34,584 nt of DNA, from assembly GCA_964255285.1 (NCBI GenBank), contig CAXUUL010000084.1, positions 1 through 34,584 of the forward strand, in the 5' to 3' direction. Under the pieces are notes generated by a model. It searched no databases. It was not told the origin of the DNA and worked only from the letters and a program-made list of their open reading frames with translations. A program made the position numbers and the translations under genes. Source of the DNA: Ionaspis alba. Its lineage: Eukaryota. Below are positions 13,751-23,782 of this stretch, one piece after another (position 1 is the stretch's first letter; each line of letters begins with the position of its first letter).

Positions 13751-14215
13751 ATGCCTCGTGGAAACGCTCCCCAGACCAAAGTCCACTACCAGGGCAAGGA
13801 CGAAGACTTCGTCATCTACGTCGACAGCGTCCAAGCCGTGCGCAACTGGAAAGACGACAGATCAATCCCGCTGGCCCATGTTGTTAGCGGCTTCAAGATC
13901 TTTGTGACCCACAAGTACGTCCATTACCCCAGAACCTCCAGTAGCAAAACTACTGACAAGTTGCTCCTTCGAATCAAGACACGGAGCTCAGAGTGTCGGG
14001 GATGGTGCAAGCAAGGCTACACTGGAGAACGAGTTTGGCACCTCGAACGAGGACGAGTGCATGATTAAGATTCTGGAGGGAGGGAATGTGCAGGAGTCAG
14101 AGGTTCGTGGTCACACTCTCTTGGATGAGGGAGGTCAGCTAATGAGTCTGGGTATTAGAATCCAGAGCGCCAGGGACCAAAGAACGACTCCATGGGAACT
14201 CGTGCAGCTCACTAG
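13751..14215 (+). CDS. RTC3: RTC3-like protein (SBDS/Sdo1 N-terminal domain), 3 exons
   Basis: Exons 13751-13914, 13979-14102, 14159-14215: KVHYQGKDEDFVIYV, WKDDRSIPLAHVVSGFKIFVTHKHGAQ, ASKATLENEFGT, KILEGG. Confidence 0.85.
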
Positions 14216-14749
14216 AGTGCTCGACGGAGCACAACCAGTAGACTTGCTCCCGGCACGTGCCTCCTGGCCTGTGAGGGTTCGGAGTACGAGTGATTAGGCA
14301 TGATGATGTTACGATACCGTGAGGGAAAGTTGGTACAGGCCGCGATGAAACTTTTCTGGCTCGGGGGCCTTCAGTCTTTTACTGGACTTTCTAGCGACAT
14401 GAGGCTGTCGACTTGTGTCATATAGGCCAGTTCAATCTACTGCCAGCAGGCTTCAGCAGAGGAGCTTCTTGAATATCTCCATTCGTAAATCCCCATGTTT
14501 GTATCTTGCTTCTGGAACCAGGACCGTCTTAGAAACTACGTACGAGTGGCAATCATAATATATAGGTGCAAGTAACGTGGTCCAACTGCCCTCGCTTGAC
14601 CTTCCTATCCCGCACGTGTCGATCCCAGGAATGTCGATCAAGTCTCATTCCACCTCGTGTCGACAACACTCTGTACTGGAGGAATTAAACATCAAGAGAT
14701 ATCATAAACATCGAAGCTTTCACTAAATTCAAAATATGCTTCCCTCAAG

Positions 14750-15605
14750 ATGACATCACGAGAAATTCCTCCAGAGCCTGGGGGTTTCCTCTATCCAACA
14801 CTTCCCTCGCCTCCTCCCTCCACTGTCTCGACATCTGCAGCCATACTTCCACAGCCTCGAACTCATCCCTTGACTCCAAACAGTTCGAAAGAGAGCAACT
14901 TCATCGAATATGTTGATCGGAAGCTCCTGGACATTTCTGGCCGCTTCGAACAGCGTTTCAATGTAGGCATGCAAGAGAGCCAAATCCCAGGTGCCGAGCG
15001 CAAGGGCTACGAAAAGTTTGGAGAGCTTGCCGGCGACCTAGAGAATATGGTGGAAGTTGTTTGGGTGTCTGGTACACGTATGGCCGCCTGGAGGGAGAGC
15101 ACTTGGTCATGACTAACGACTAGGCGGCACAGCATCACTTCAGATACCGTACCTTCTCAACATCGCGCTAGCTGTGACGAGATATCTTCCCTCCTTTCCC
15201 TTCGATCCTCGCAGAACGTTTCCCTTGTTACAGAAGCTAGACTTTGCATTTTCCTCTCTGCTCCATGGCCAGAATGTGGAGACTGGCGAGACTCTATCAG
15301 GTTTCGAAGGAGGCAGGACAAAAGTTACCACAACTGAGAAAGTGAGGATGAGAGGGATAGTGGAGAGGACCAGGATTGCTGTAGTTTCTGTGGCTAGCAA
15401 GGACGGGAGTGTCCAAGGTTCTTCCAGAGTGACAGAGACAGAAGACGACATTACGACTGATGATGATGATGCCATGATGGACGATATAGAGCATGGTATC
15501 GGAAGTGGGAGTTGGGAGATGGAGGTCGCAAGGGTTTATGAAAGGACCATTGTTGATCTGGGTGCCACGCTGGACGCTGCTCCTGGGAATAACGGACTTG
15601 GATAA
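14750..15605 (+). CDS. Tfb6-like protein (TFIIH-associated subunit family), 2 exons
   Basis: Exons 14750-15077 and 15133-15605: LPSPPPS, LPQPRTHPL, VVWVSGTPSLQIPYLLNIA, LQKLDFAFSSLL, TEKVRMRGIVERTR, WEMEVARVYERTIVDLG. Family call is from recalled motifs, not a search. Confidence 0.7.
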
Positions 15606-16140
15606 CCTAGAAGGTCTTGACGATTGTGTCTGCCAGTATGGAACAAAGAAGGTTTTCGGGAAGCGGATGCATCTACGGACATGAATATATATGGTCATGG
15701 ACTCTACCCTTACTGGATCTTACCGTTTAGAGGTATCTACATTGAATTGAGTCTTGCAAGATATTGGTGGAACTGCCATATGCCTTCAGGTACATCATAT
15801 TTCATTTATGTCTTTGCCCTTATCAACCAAATATCTCCTCAGACTGAGAGGCACGTCACGCCATTTTTTTCCCATTCGAATCGAAGAGATATCAAACAAC
15901 TAGATTCCTGTATGAGCTCCTTTGATTTACAGGCAAAGGCCGTTGGGGCATTGACTTTCGGGGTCCGTGTTTTGGTCGTACCCCCGCATACCCTAAATGG
16001 CGTTATCCAAGCTTTCGTCTCATCTTCAAGAAGCCCGCGCAATATCCGCCTTGTCCATTGTACCAAGAATGCAAATGTGATGCAGCAAAATCCGAATTGG
16101 TTAGAATACTGAAACCCAATTAGAGCTCTTAACTGCAATC

Positions 16141-18738
16141 ATGCCATCGTATATGTGTGGCTCCACTCGCATTTCTCTCTCTGTTGCCGACCTTGCAAAG
16201 TCAACAACTGCGTCTGCGATCCACAAAGTGGGACCCGAAGCAGCGTTGCTGATCCAGAATGTAGCAAACGAGCTGAAGAAGGATATAGCTGAGAGAACTT
16301 TACCAGAGATTCCAATTCTTACAGAAGAGCAATGGCCCAGTCATCTTCGTTTCATTGGTGCAAACCAGGATATGCCGTTCCTCATGGTACAAGCTGGAAA
16401 GGATCTCTTCAATCCAATTTCTTCGCGAAGATCGAGCCAGGTATTGTCTGTTAGCTCTACTGTAGAGCAGACTCACGATGGTGGCTCTCCGCAATCTTCT
16501 GACACATCTTTTTCGAGCTTGACGACTCTGGAGAGTACAACAGAGGTCAGTCCCGAAGACGAGATTAGCCTCTTGATACCATCAGACGTACAAGCTGATG
16601 GCATCAAGTCGCAGTCACCTGTACAGGTCGCTGGCGGAGTTCAAAAACCTGTGGTTCACTCAGAAGATCGGACGAAAGCTAGCAGCTCGGAGAGCATAGC
16701 ATTGAACACCTCTTCCGTAATCACGTCTCCATGCCAGACAAAAGAGCCAGAACTTCGTCGCTCTTCAGTACCGTCAGCACGTCTCGTTCCAGATCGTCGA
16801 CCCACCTTCTGTCCCGAAATGAAACCGCAAGCCCTCTGCCTCACGGTCCAGCTCTCCAAAAAATCCTTCCTCCGAAAACGCAAATCCAAACCTCTTGATG
16901 TCAAGATTGACATCTACTTCAACGGCGGGCTCTGTGCTTCTGCCTATGTTCCCGAACGTATGTGTTCAGAGTCCAATGTCGCGGACCTTACGCAACGCTT
17001 TGCAGGACGAAGAATCGAACGTCTGCTGGAGCGGCCATGGATCATCATACCACCTGGTCAGACACCTGCTGGAACGTTGCGCGAACACAAACGAAGCAAA
17101 AAGGGCGGATACAGCGGCGCTCTGCACAGGTGGACTGCTATAAACGAGCTGTTAAGAGAAGAAGCTGAGAAGGAAGGAAGGAACAGATGGGGTGATCTGT
17201 CTGTACTGGGTGATTATCTGGATAGTCTTTCCAGGTTGAAGATGCCGAAAGAAGTCGAAGATTTACAAAAGGCTGGTGGTCCAAAGTTCGGTGTGCTTGA
17301 CGTTGTTTTGACGACGGGCCATGGGAAAAAGTACGAGCCAGATTATGGATATCTCTCAGAACCGGCTCCCATGAAGACGAGCGAATTCAAGATACCAAAA
17401 CAAACTCTCGGACGCACGAGTCCTAGTCGTCTTGCTGGGTCACACACACACAAGCCAAGAGTCGCGCAACGCCCAAAGACATCTGCAGATGCCGAAATCA
17501 TCGCGAACGGTCTCTCCTACCTCACACCTCATGAGAGCTGTGTACCAGAATCCGCACAAGGTCAGAGATCCGAACATTCTGACATGGGTGGTATTGTTTC
17601 AGTTTCAACCCGCGGTGGCAACTTCCAGCCTCCAGATATTCCTTCGACGGCGCCTTCCGCCGTGCGACGACGCCAGTCCGGATCTATTCGAACTTCGGGC
17701 ACGACACCTACGTCCAGCCAGTCCGCTAATGTGATGGACGAGGACTCTCTAATACCATTTGGAAGCACACCACAAGCAAGCCCTCAGGATACACTGGTAG
17801 TGCCGACCTCGAGTGGCTCATGGACAGCTGCACAAAGCCCAACTCCAGTGCCACTTCGACACAGATTGGCAATGCCTGCGAGTAACATACCAGCCCTCAA
17901 GCGAGGAACAACGAACTTCCCGTTGACACCCCACCCGCCTTCATCATCCCTCCCAGGCAGCAACGGCCGCTCCCACTCCATAACCAAAGACACCAACAAC
18001 CGCGCTCACTCCCCGGGATGCCGCTTTACAAAGCGTTCTACTCCAAGTAAACCTGCAAACATTCCGCAAAAGCGATACAAGGGTTCTGACGCCACAGCTT
18101 CTGCCGAGGACGAAGAACTCGAGCGTCAACGTAAACGCTCCCGTATGCATGGCGAGCTCGTACTCACGAACAAAATGACGCTTGCTGAGGAAATTGCTGC
18201 CATCCAGGAGCAGGCTCGCGAAGAGCTGCTACCTGCTCAGAGCCACACAACAACTACTACAAACGAGCCTGGTTGCCGCAGGTCGTCGTCCGAGCAGATT
18301 GGACGGCGAAGCCAGTCTTGCGCTCCAAATAATCTCGCTCCACGGACAAAAGTCATCGTTCTACGTTTGTCAGCGGCTCGTCTGGCGACTTTTGTAAAGC
18401 GCCCGACGGGACCTGGTGCAGAATTCACTAGTACATCACCCCCAATCTCGCTCCACGCTCCCCCATCGGTGTCATCTGCCGCTTCCCTTTCAGCGCCACT
18501 GTCAACTCCTCGCAATACCAGCACGCCTAAATCGAAACCTCTCCCCAAGACTCCGCGCTCAAGAATACCACCTGCATCACGCGCAACCTATGTGCCGTCG
18601 ACTTGGCGGCCACCGCCGCTGAATGAGGATTGTGTCATTACGTATGCGCCGGATGCGATTAGGCAGGTCAAGGCAGAGAGGTCGGGCTGGTTTAAAGAGG
18701 TGGGGGTGTTGGTGGGGGTAAGGTTTTTGATTGGGTAG
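16141..18738 (+). CDS. Uncharacterised intronless protein, 865 aa
   Basis: 2.6-kb uninterrupted ORF with globular-looking blocks (LCLTVQLSKKSF, DVKIDIYFNG, RFAGRRIERLLERPWIIIP, FGVLDVVLTTG, C-terminal CVITYAP...GWFKEVGVLVGVRFLIG) separated by S/T/P-rich low-complexity sequence. Confidence 0.8.
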   Translation: MPSYMCGSTRISLSVADLAKSTTASAIHKVGPEAALLIQNVANELKKDIAERTLPEIPILTEEQWPSHLRFIGANQDMPFLMVQAGKDLFNPISSRRSSQVLSVSSTVEQTHDGGSPQSSDTSFSSLTTLESTTEVSPEDEISLLIPSDVQADGIKSQSPVQVAGGVQKPVVHSEDRTKASSSESIALNTSSVITSPCQTKEPELRRSSVPSARLVPDRRPTFCPEMKPQALCLTVQLSKKSFLRKRKSKPLDVKIDIYFNGGLCASAYVPERMCSESNVADLTQRFAGRRIERLLERPWIIIPPGQTPAGTLREHKRSKKGGYSGALHRWTAINELLREEAEKEGRNRWGDLSVLGDYLDSLSRLKMPKEVEDLQKAGGPKFGVLDVVLTTGHGKKYEPDYGYLSEPAPMKTSEFKIPKQTLGRTSPSRLAGSHTHKPRVAQRPKTSADAEIIANGLSYLTPHESCVPESAQGQRSEHSDMGGIVSVSTRGGNFQPPDIPSTAPSAVRRRQSGSIRTSGTTPTSSQSANVMDEDSLIPFGSTPQASPQDTLVVPTSSGSWTAAQSPTPVPLRHRLAMPASNIPALKRGTTNFPLTPHPPSSSLPGSNGRSHSITKDTNNRAHSPGCRFTKRSTPSKPANIPQKRYKGSDATASAEDEELERQRKRSRMHGELVLTNKMTLAEEIAAIQEQAREELLPAQSHTTTTTNEPGCRRSSSEQIGRRSQSCAPNNLAPRTKVIVLRLSAARLATFVKRPTGPGAEFTSTSPPISLHAPPSVSSAASLSAPLSTPRNTSTPKSKPLPKTPRSRIPPASRATYVPSTWRPPPLNEDCVITYAPDAIRQVKAERSGWFKEVGVLVGVRFLIG

Positions 18739-18797
18739 AGCAGGTTGAGTCTGTGGTGAAAGAGAGGTGAAGTGGTGGAGCGGATAAGGTGGCGGTA

Positions 18798-18897
18798 NNN
18801 NNNNNNNNNNNNNNNNNNNNNNNNNNNNNNNNNNNNNNNNNNNNNNNNNNNNNNNNNNNNNNNNNNNNNNNNNNNNNNNNNNNNNNNNNNNNNNNNN
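18798..18897. other. Assembly gap (100 N)
   Basis: Run of exactly 100 N. Confidence 0.99.
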
Positions 18898-18966
18898 CAG
18901 TCATACGATCATAGCATTTAGCAGAATTCCCAGTAATCTTCGGAGATGAACCAACGAGCTGACGAA

Positions 18967-20902
18967 TCACAGCTTCTCCGGGTCTGCAATTCCGCCATTG
19001 GTGATGATGTAGGTCGCCTCACGCTCAGGACAATCTAGGTAAGTTGTCAGATATGCCCACCATTCTTGCCCCAACAATCTACCCCTGAAGAAACAGAAAG
19101 GCGATGGATAACTGTACCTGGCGAGTCCTGGATCTTAGCTACGCGCTCATCACCACGACCTTTCCTCAGCAAGACCCTTGTCGTCGAGGCATGCGCCAAG
19201 ATATGTCCCCCAACCGGTTTGCGGCCGTCCGCACCTGCAAAGAGAGCACTTGCTCCAGGGTCACTTTGGACTTGATTTGTCTAAAGCTGTTGAACATGAT
19301 GTTTTACTAAGACGGTCGATCAGCGAGTGCTTACCATGAGCACACATACATTGAACTCTGTTGTACTGTCAGCCTTGATGTTCGGAAAGTGCTTGGGAGA
19401 AGGGCTTACCTTCAGCCATATGTGCCAGCTTCGAGAGGAACTGGTTGAGTTTTTGCTGGCGATCTGCCAACTCGCCACGGCCACAGTAGTCGACGCGGAA
19501 GCAATTCATAATGCTGTCGATGATGAGGAGACGGTACTCGTTTGTGGCGAAAGACTGTGAGAGGGAGTTGAGGAGCTCGAGTTGGTGCTATGGGATTGTG
19601 CTTAAGCTTAATTGTGACTGCTGGAAAGGGGAATAAATACCTCGCTGTTCAAAGCTCGAGCGTAGAGGATATTCTCTTGTGCCTCTCCAGGGTCCACTGT
19701 GAAGCTTCAGTTGGCGTTTATCAGAGAGAGGACGAATGGCGTACTATTGAACCTTTCCGCGATCTGTGCGATTCTGTTATATTTGTGATATTAGCTAAGA
19801 AGTCTGTACAGTGGTTCGACCTCCGTTACCTCTCCGGTCGGAAAGTGCCTTCAGTGTCTGGTATAGGTAAGCAGATAGTTGTGCGAGATCAGAATGTCCT
19901 AGGCCATTCGAGCATGGCTTACCGATGTAGGCAACCTTTCCAGCAGCGCCTCCATCTTCCTATCTTCTTAGCTATGATCACTGGATGGTAGAGAGAAACA
20001 AACCCTCGGCATCTTGTATTATGATTAGTACAATCAACGACCCTAAAAGATTGGCAAGCGCACCTGAGCCATGACGGACATGGTATGGGAAAGTTGGGTC
20101 TTGCCACATCCTCCCATCACGTCAGTCTAGTCCTCTCTCTCGCCTCCAGTGCAATTCCGCTTACGGAATTCGCCATACACCTGAAACCACGATCAGTGTA
20201 TTGTCCAATCAAGCACACGTTACGTTCAATGCTCACCTCACTGATACTCATGCTTTGGAATCCGCTGTATCACATCAATCAAGGAATGCGTCTCCACATC
20301 ATGAAAGAAAATATACCCGCCAAGAATGTTATCCAGCTGTTTGCTTCCCGTCGAGATTCTCACCACTCTCTTCCTCTGCTGCCCCAATTCCATCGCAGTC
20401 ACGAAACCGGTCGTCGTAGGCTGATCCCTCATAAGTTCACATCCTATTTGATCAACCTGCTACAAGAGGATGATGGCTCACAGATGAGAGGCAGACAGAC
20501 CTGGCACTTGGTAATAGCTTCCTTGACCTTCTCGACCTTGACCTCGCTGAAGCCTTTGATCTTGAGGAGGGTCTTGCGTGTCGCGGCATGGACTGACTGA
20601 TAGTGGGAGCAGTACTGTCAGGAAACGCGTACTAGGAGGACTGAGACTGGATAGTGGCATACAGCAACAGTGTAGTAGCCATTGGCTTTCAGCTTGGTAA
20701 TATCTGCGGCCCCAACGCCTAGTGCTTGTCAGTGTGTTGTCGGCGGTGGTCAAGGATAGAAGAAGAACCATATGCTTGGATGCCGTCGATGTCGACGATG
20801 AATTCCTGCCAACTATTTAGTTTGTTGAGTGGGAGAAAAACGCATATCTGGCATGCATGGTACCTCTTCGTCGATCTCATCTTCGATGGTGGAGGGAGGC
20901 AT
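18967..20902 (-). CDS. DMC1: Meiotic recombinase Dmc1, 17 exons / 16 introns
   Basis: Manual splicing gives [67 protein letters not shown] (Walker A), [35 protein letters not shown] (Walker B), [71 protein letters not shown] and SDPGA fit Dmc1 rather than Rad51. Confidence 0.95.
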
Positions 20903-21851
20903 GATGTTTTGGCTAGAAACTGGAGAAGTGTAACGATACTTGAGATATAGATAGCTGATAGATTCAAAGTAGATAACAAGAAAGATGAATGAGTTGGGAA
21001 GAGAATAGAAACCTTAAGGGCAAAGAGATGTCGGGATAAGGTTCACATCTTAGGGCACAAATGAACCCTAATCGAGCCCTGTTCGCTTCTTCTGAGCCAA
21101 AAAATTGTCTCACAAAATCAAAGCAAATCGCGCAATGAGAGCAAGAAAATTGCGGGAACATATCCAGATTACCTGCTTGCATATCAATCACATGTCACAG
21201 CTCGAAGAGGTAGTCGGGTATTTCAGAGCAAGTTCTTTCTTTCTCTCCCGAAATCAACACTTGTAGTTAAGTACCGCTTGTCCAACCACGCACATTACAC
21301 AAATCCAGATATTCAGCAGATCTGAGATATCGCCTGCTACCACTAAGTACCAACCGACAAAAGATTTCTATTTCACCGCTTTCCACATCAAGCAATCGTC
21401 CTCCCTTTCCTTCAGCTCTGCGTTTTCTGCTGATGCAAAATCCTCGTTCTTATCTCTCCAGTTCCCTCCTAGGTCTAGAAACTCTTGCTCTCTCACACAT
21501 CTCCTCGCCCTGACACGCAAGTAGGAAGCGAAATTTCGATACAGTACAGAGATTTTGTGATAGACGCCGTTCATAAAGGTTCTGCAGGAATGCCAATCAT
21601 GGAGGGGAAAAGCGATGTCGTAGCAACTTTTTGGTGTGTCGTAATCGTTAAGAAGTCGATGTTGTCGAAGAAGCGAACCTGAATGTAGGAGAATGCTGGA
21701 GGCGCAAGACGAAACCACCGATGTTGCCGAAATGAATGTACGAGTGACTGGGCCATAATACACATAAAAAATCGAAAAGCGATCATCCGAGGTAGGAAGA
21801 GCAGTTGGTTCTACTTTCCCTTCTTTGGATGAATGAAAGCCCTATATGCGC

Positions 21852-22857
21852 TTAGACAACTGCTGCGGTTGGCACAACAGATTGCATCTGAGTGTCTCCC
21901 AATCCATCGACTTGACCGTTCGTGTCGAGTGCTGTGCAGTCACGAGAGATGTGTCCAGCTTGGCCGCACTTGTAGCACACTTTACCTGTGGTATTGAGTG
22001 GACCGCCGTTGGGTGCAGTACAGTCGCGTGAAATGTGTCCCTTCAACATCGAGTCAGTCATACTTCGACAGGCAAATACCATGAGAAGATTGGCTTACGA
22101 GTTTACCACAAGCATAGCACTTCATGGCCTGAGCTTGACAGTCACGAGCGTAGTGGTTGGGCCCTCCACATTTGTAGCACGTCGCAGGGCGGGGTCCACC
22201 AGTCATTCCTCCTCTGAAGCCGCCGCCATATCCACCGCGAGGCATCATAGCGCCACGGCCAGCTCCGGTCCCAGGTTGCAATCCTGCACTAGGACACGCA
22301 CGCTGTGTAACAGGCTTAGCTTTCCCCCCAACTTGGTTGGCTCGATATACGTACAGCAAGATGACCTGGTTGGCCGCAAGTATAGCAGCGACCGCCGGAC
22401 TGGGCACCACTCAGGCGTAGGGTCGGGCAATCAGCTTGCACATGGCCCAGACCCTGACAGTGGTAACACTGCTTGGCTAGAACCCGATTGTCAGTCTTGA
22501 CAGTTCTTTCAGCGCATCGAGGACATGCACAGGGATCTTACTCTCCGTGGTTCGAGGATGCGGGCATCCGTTGGATTCATGTCCTGCCATGGTCAGAGTC
22601 AGGGAAAGGGTTCAAGAGCAGGCTGGAGCTTCCAGGCACCGCACCGGGTTGTTTGCCTAGAGTGGTGGTGAGCTAGATAATGGTGCAGATGGAATCTGTC
22701 GACGACTTACAGTTGTAGCAGAGTCGCTCGGAGGAAGAGCAGACCTCTAATTGGACTTCAGTTGTTGACCAGGCAGCACACCGATGTTGTACCACTCACC
22801 GGCGTAATGCCCGACGTTCCCACACTTGTAACACGCACGGCGTGTCAATGTCGACAT
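21852..22857 (-). CDS. GIS2: CNBP/Gis2/Byr3-like zinc-knuckle RNA-binding protein (7 CCHC knuckles + RGG region), 7 coding exons
   Basis: MSTLTRRACYKCGNVGHYAEVC, LCYNCKQPGHESNGC, CYHCQGLGHVQADC, CYTCGQPGHLARAC, RGGYGGGFRGG, CYKCGGPNHYARDC, CYACGKLGHISRDC, CYKCGQAGHISRDC; includes a 12-nt exon at 22656-22645. Confidence 0.92.
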
Positions 22858-23664
22858 CTTCAATGTGTATTCTGGCACACAGTCCTATCACAGCCATGTC
22901 AGATACATGAGAAGAAAGTCTCTTGTGGGCTCGACCATTTCTGGGTCTGGGATGTATGCATGGCAGGGTAGTCGGATGGTCGTTCTTGTGGGCCACGATT
23001 CAGAAAGAGCCACAGATCTTGGTTCACAAAAGTGCAAGTACCGGTGGAGAATACCTTTATGTTTCCGACTGCAGATATCCTTTGTTCCGTCCTGGCGCAG
23101 AGGTAGAGCTGTCAGTAACACTCAAGCGATCGACCACGCTCTCATCGAGGACCTGAACGATCGGGACATGAACGAACCTGTGCTACTAACCTCCCTTCCG
23201 CTCAGCAATATCCTTCTTCCAGCCCTCCAAAAGCTCTGACCTTCTTTGCGCAATCAAACCGACGATGTTGCTCTGTACGGGACTGAAGGAATGTGTTTGG
23301 CTTGGAGAAAAGGAAAAGCCTACGAGGCGATGCATCTCGCTTCGCTAGCGTCATGCACGTTTTGATTCAACAGGCAACTAGAGGCGGAAGTGAAGTCGGT
23401 GAGGATCCGTTTGGGAAGGGGAAGAGCAGTGAATGTCAGCCGAAAGAGCATGATCGCAATGGCGTGATAGTAGTTGACGAAGTCGTTATAAGAGCTAGCG
23501 ACATCACGAGGTCGCCAGAGCCATTTCCAGTTCATCTACAGCAGTGATACGGTGCTGGAGTACTTGGAGGAGGAAAGGACAACTGACAACCAAAAAAGCA
23601 GCACGATTTGGGCTTATATCAGCCAATGAATGTCATTTGAAGCCTCTACGAGACATGCATCTGT

Positions 23665-23764
23665 NNNNNNNNNNNNNNNNNNNNNNNNNNNNNNNNNNNN
23701 NNNNNNNNNNNNNNNNNNNNNNNNNNNNNNNNNNNNNNNNNNNNNNNNNNNNNNNNNNNNNNNN
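23665..23764. other. Assembly gap (100 N)
   Basis: Run of exactly 100 N. Confidence 0.99.
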
Positions 23765-23782
23765 CCTCGGTTCACCTTCAGC

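Noticed and set aside
15624..16112. 162-aa ORF between the Tfb6-like gene and the 865-aa gene
   Set aside because: No recognisable motif, non-ATG start, and it occupies the expected 3' UTR and promoter space.
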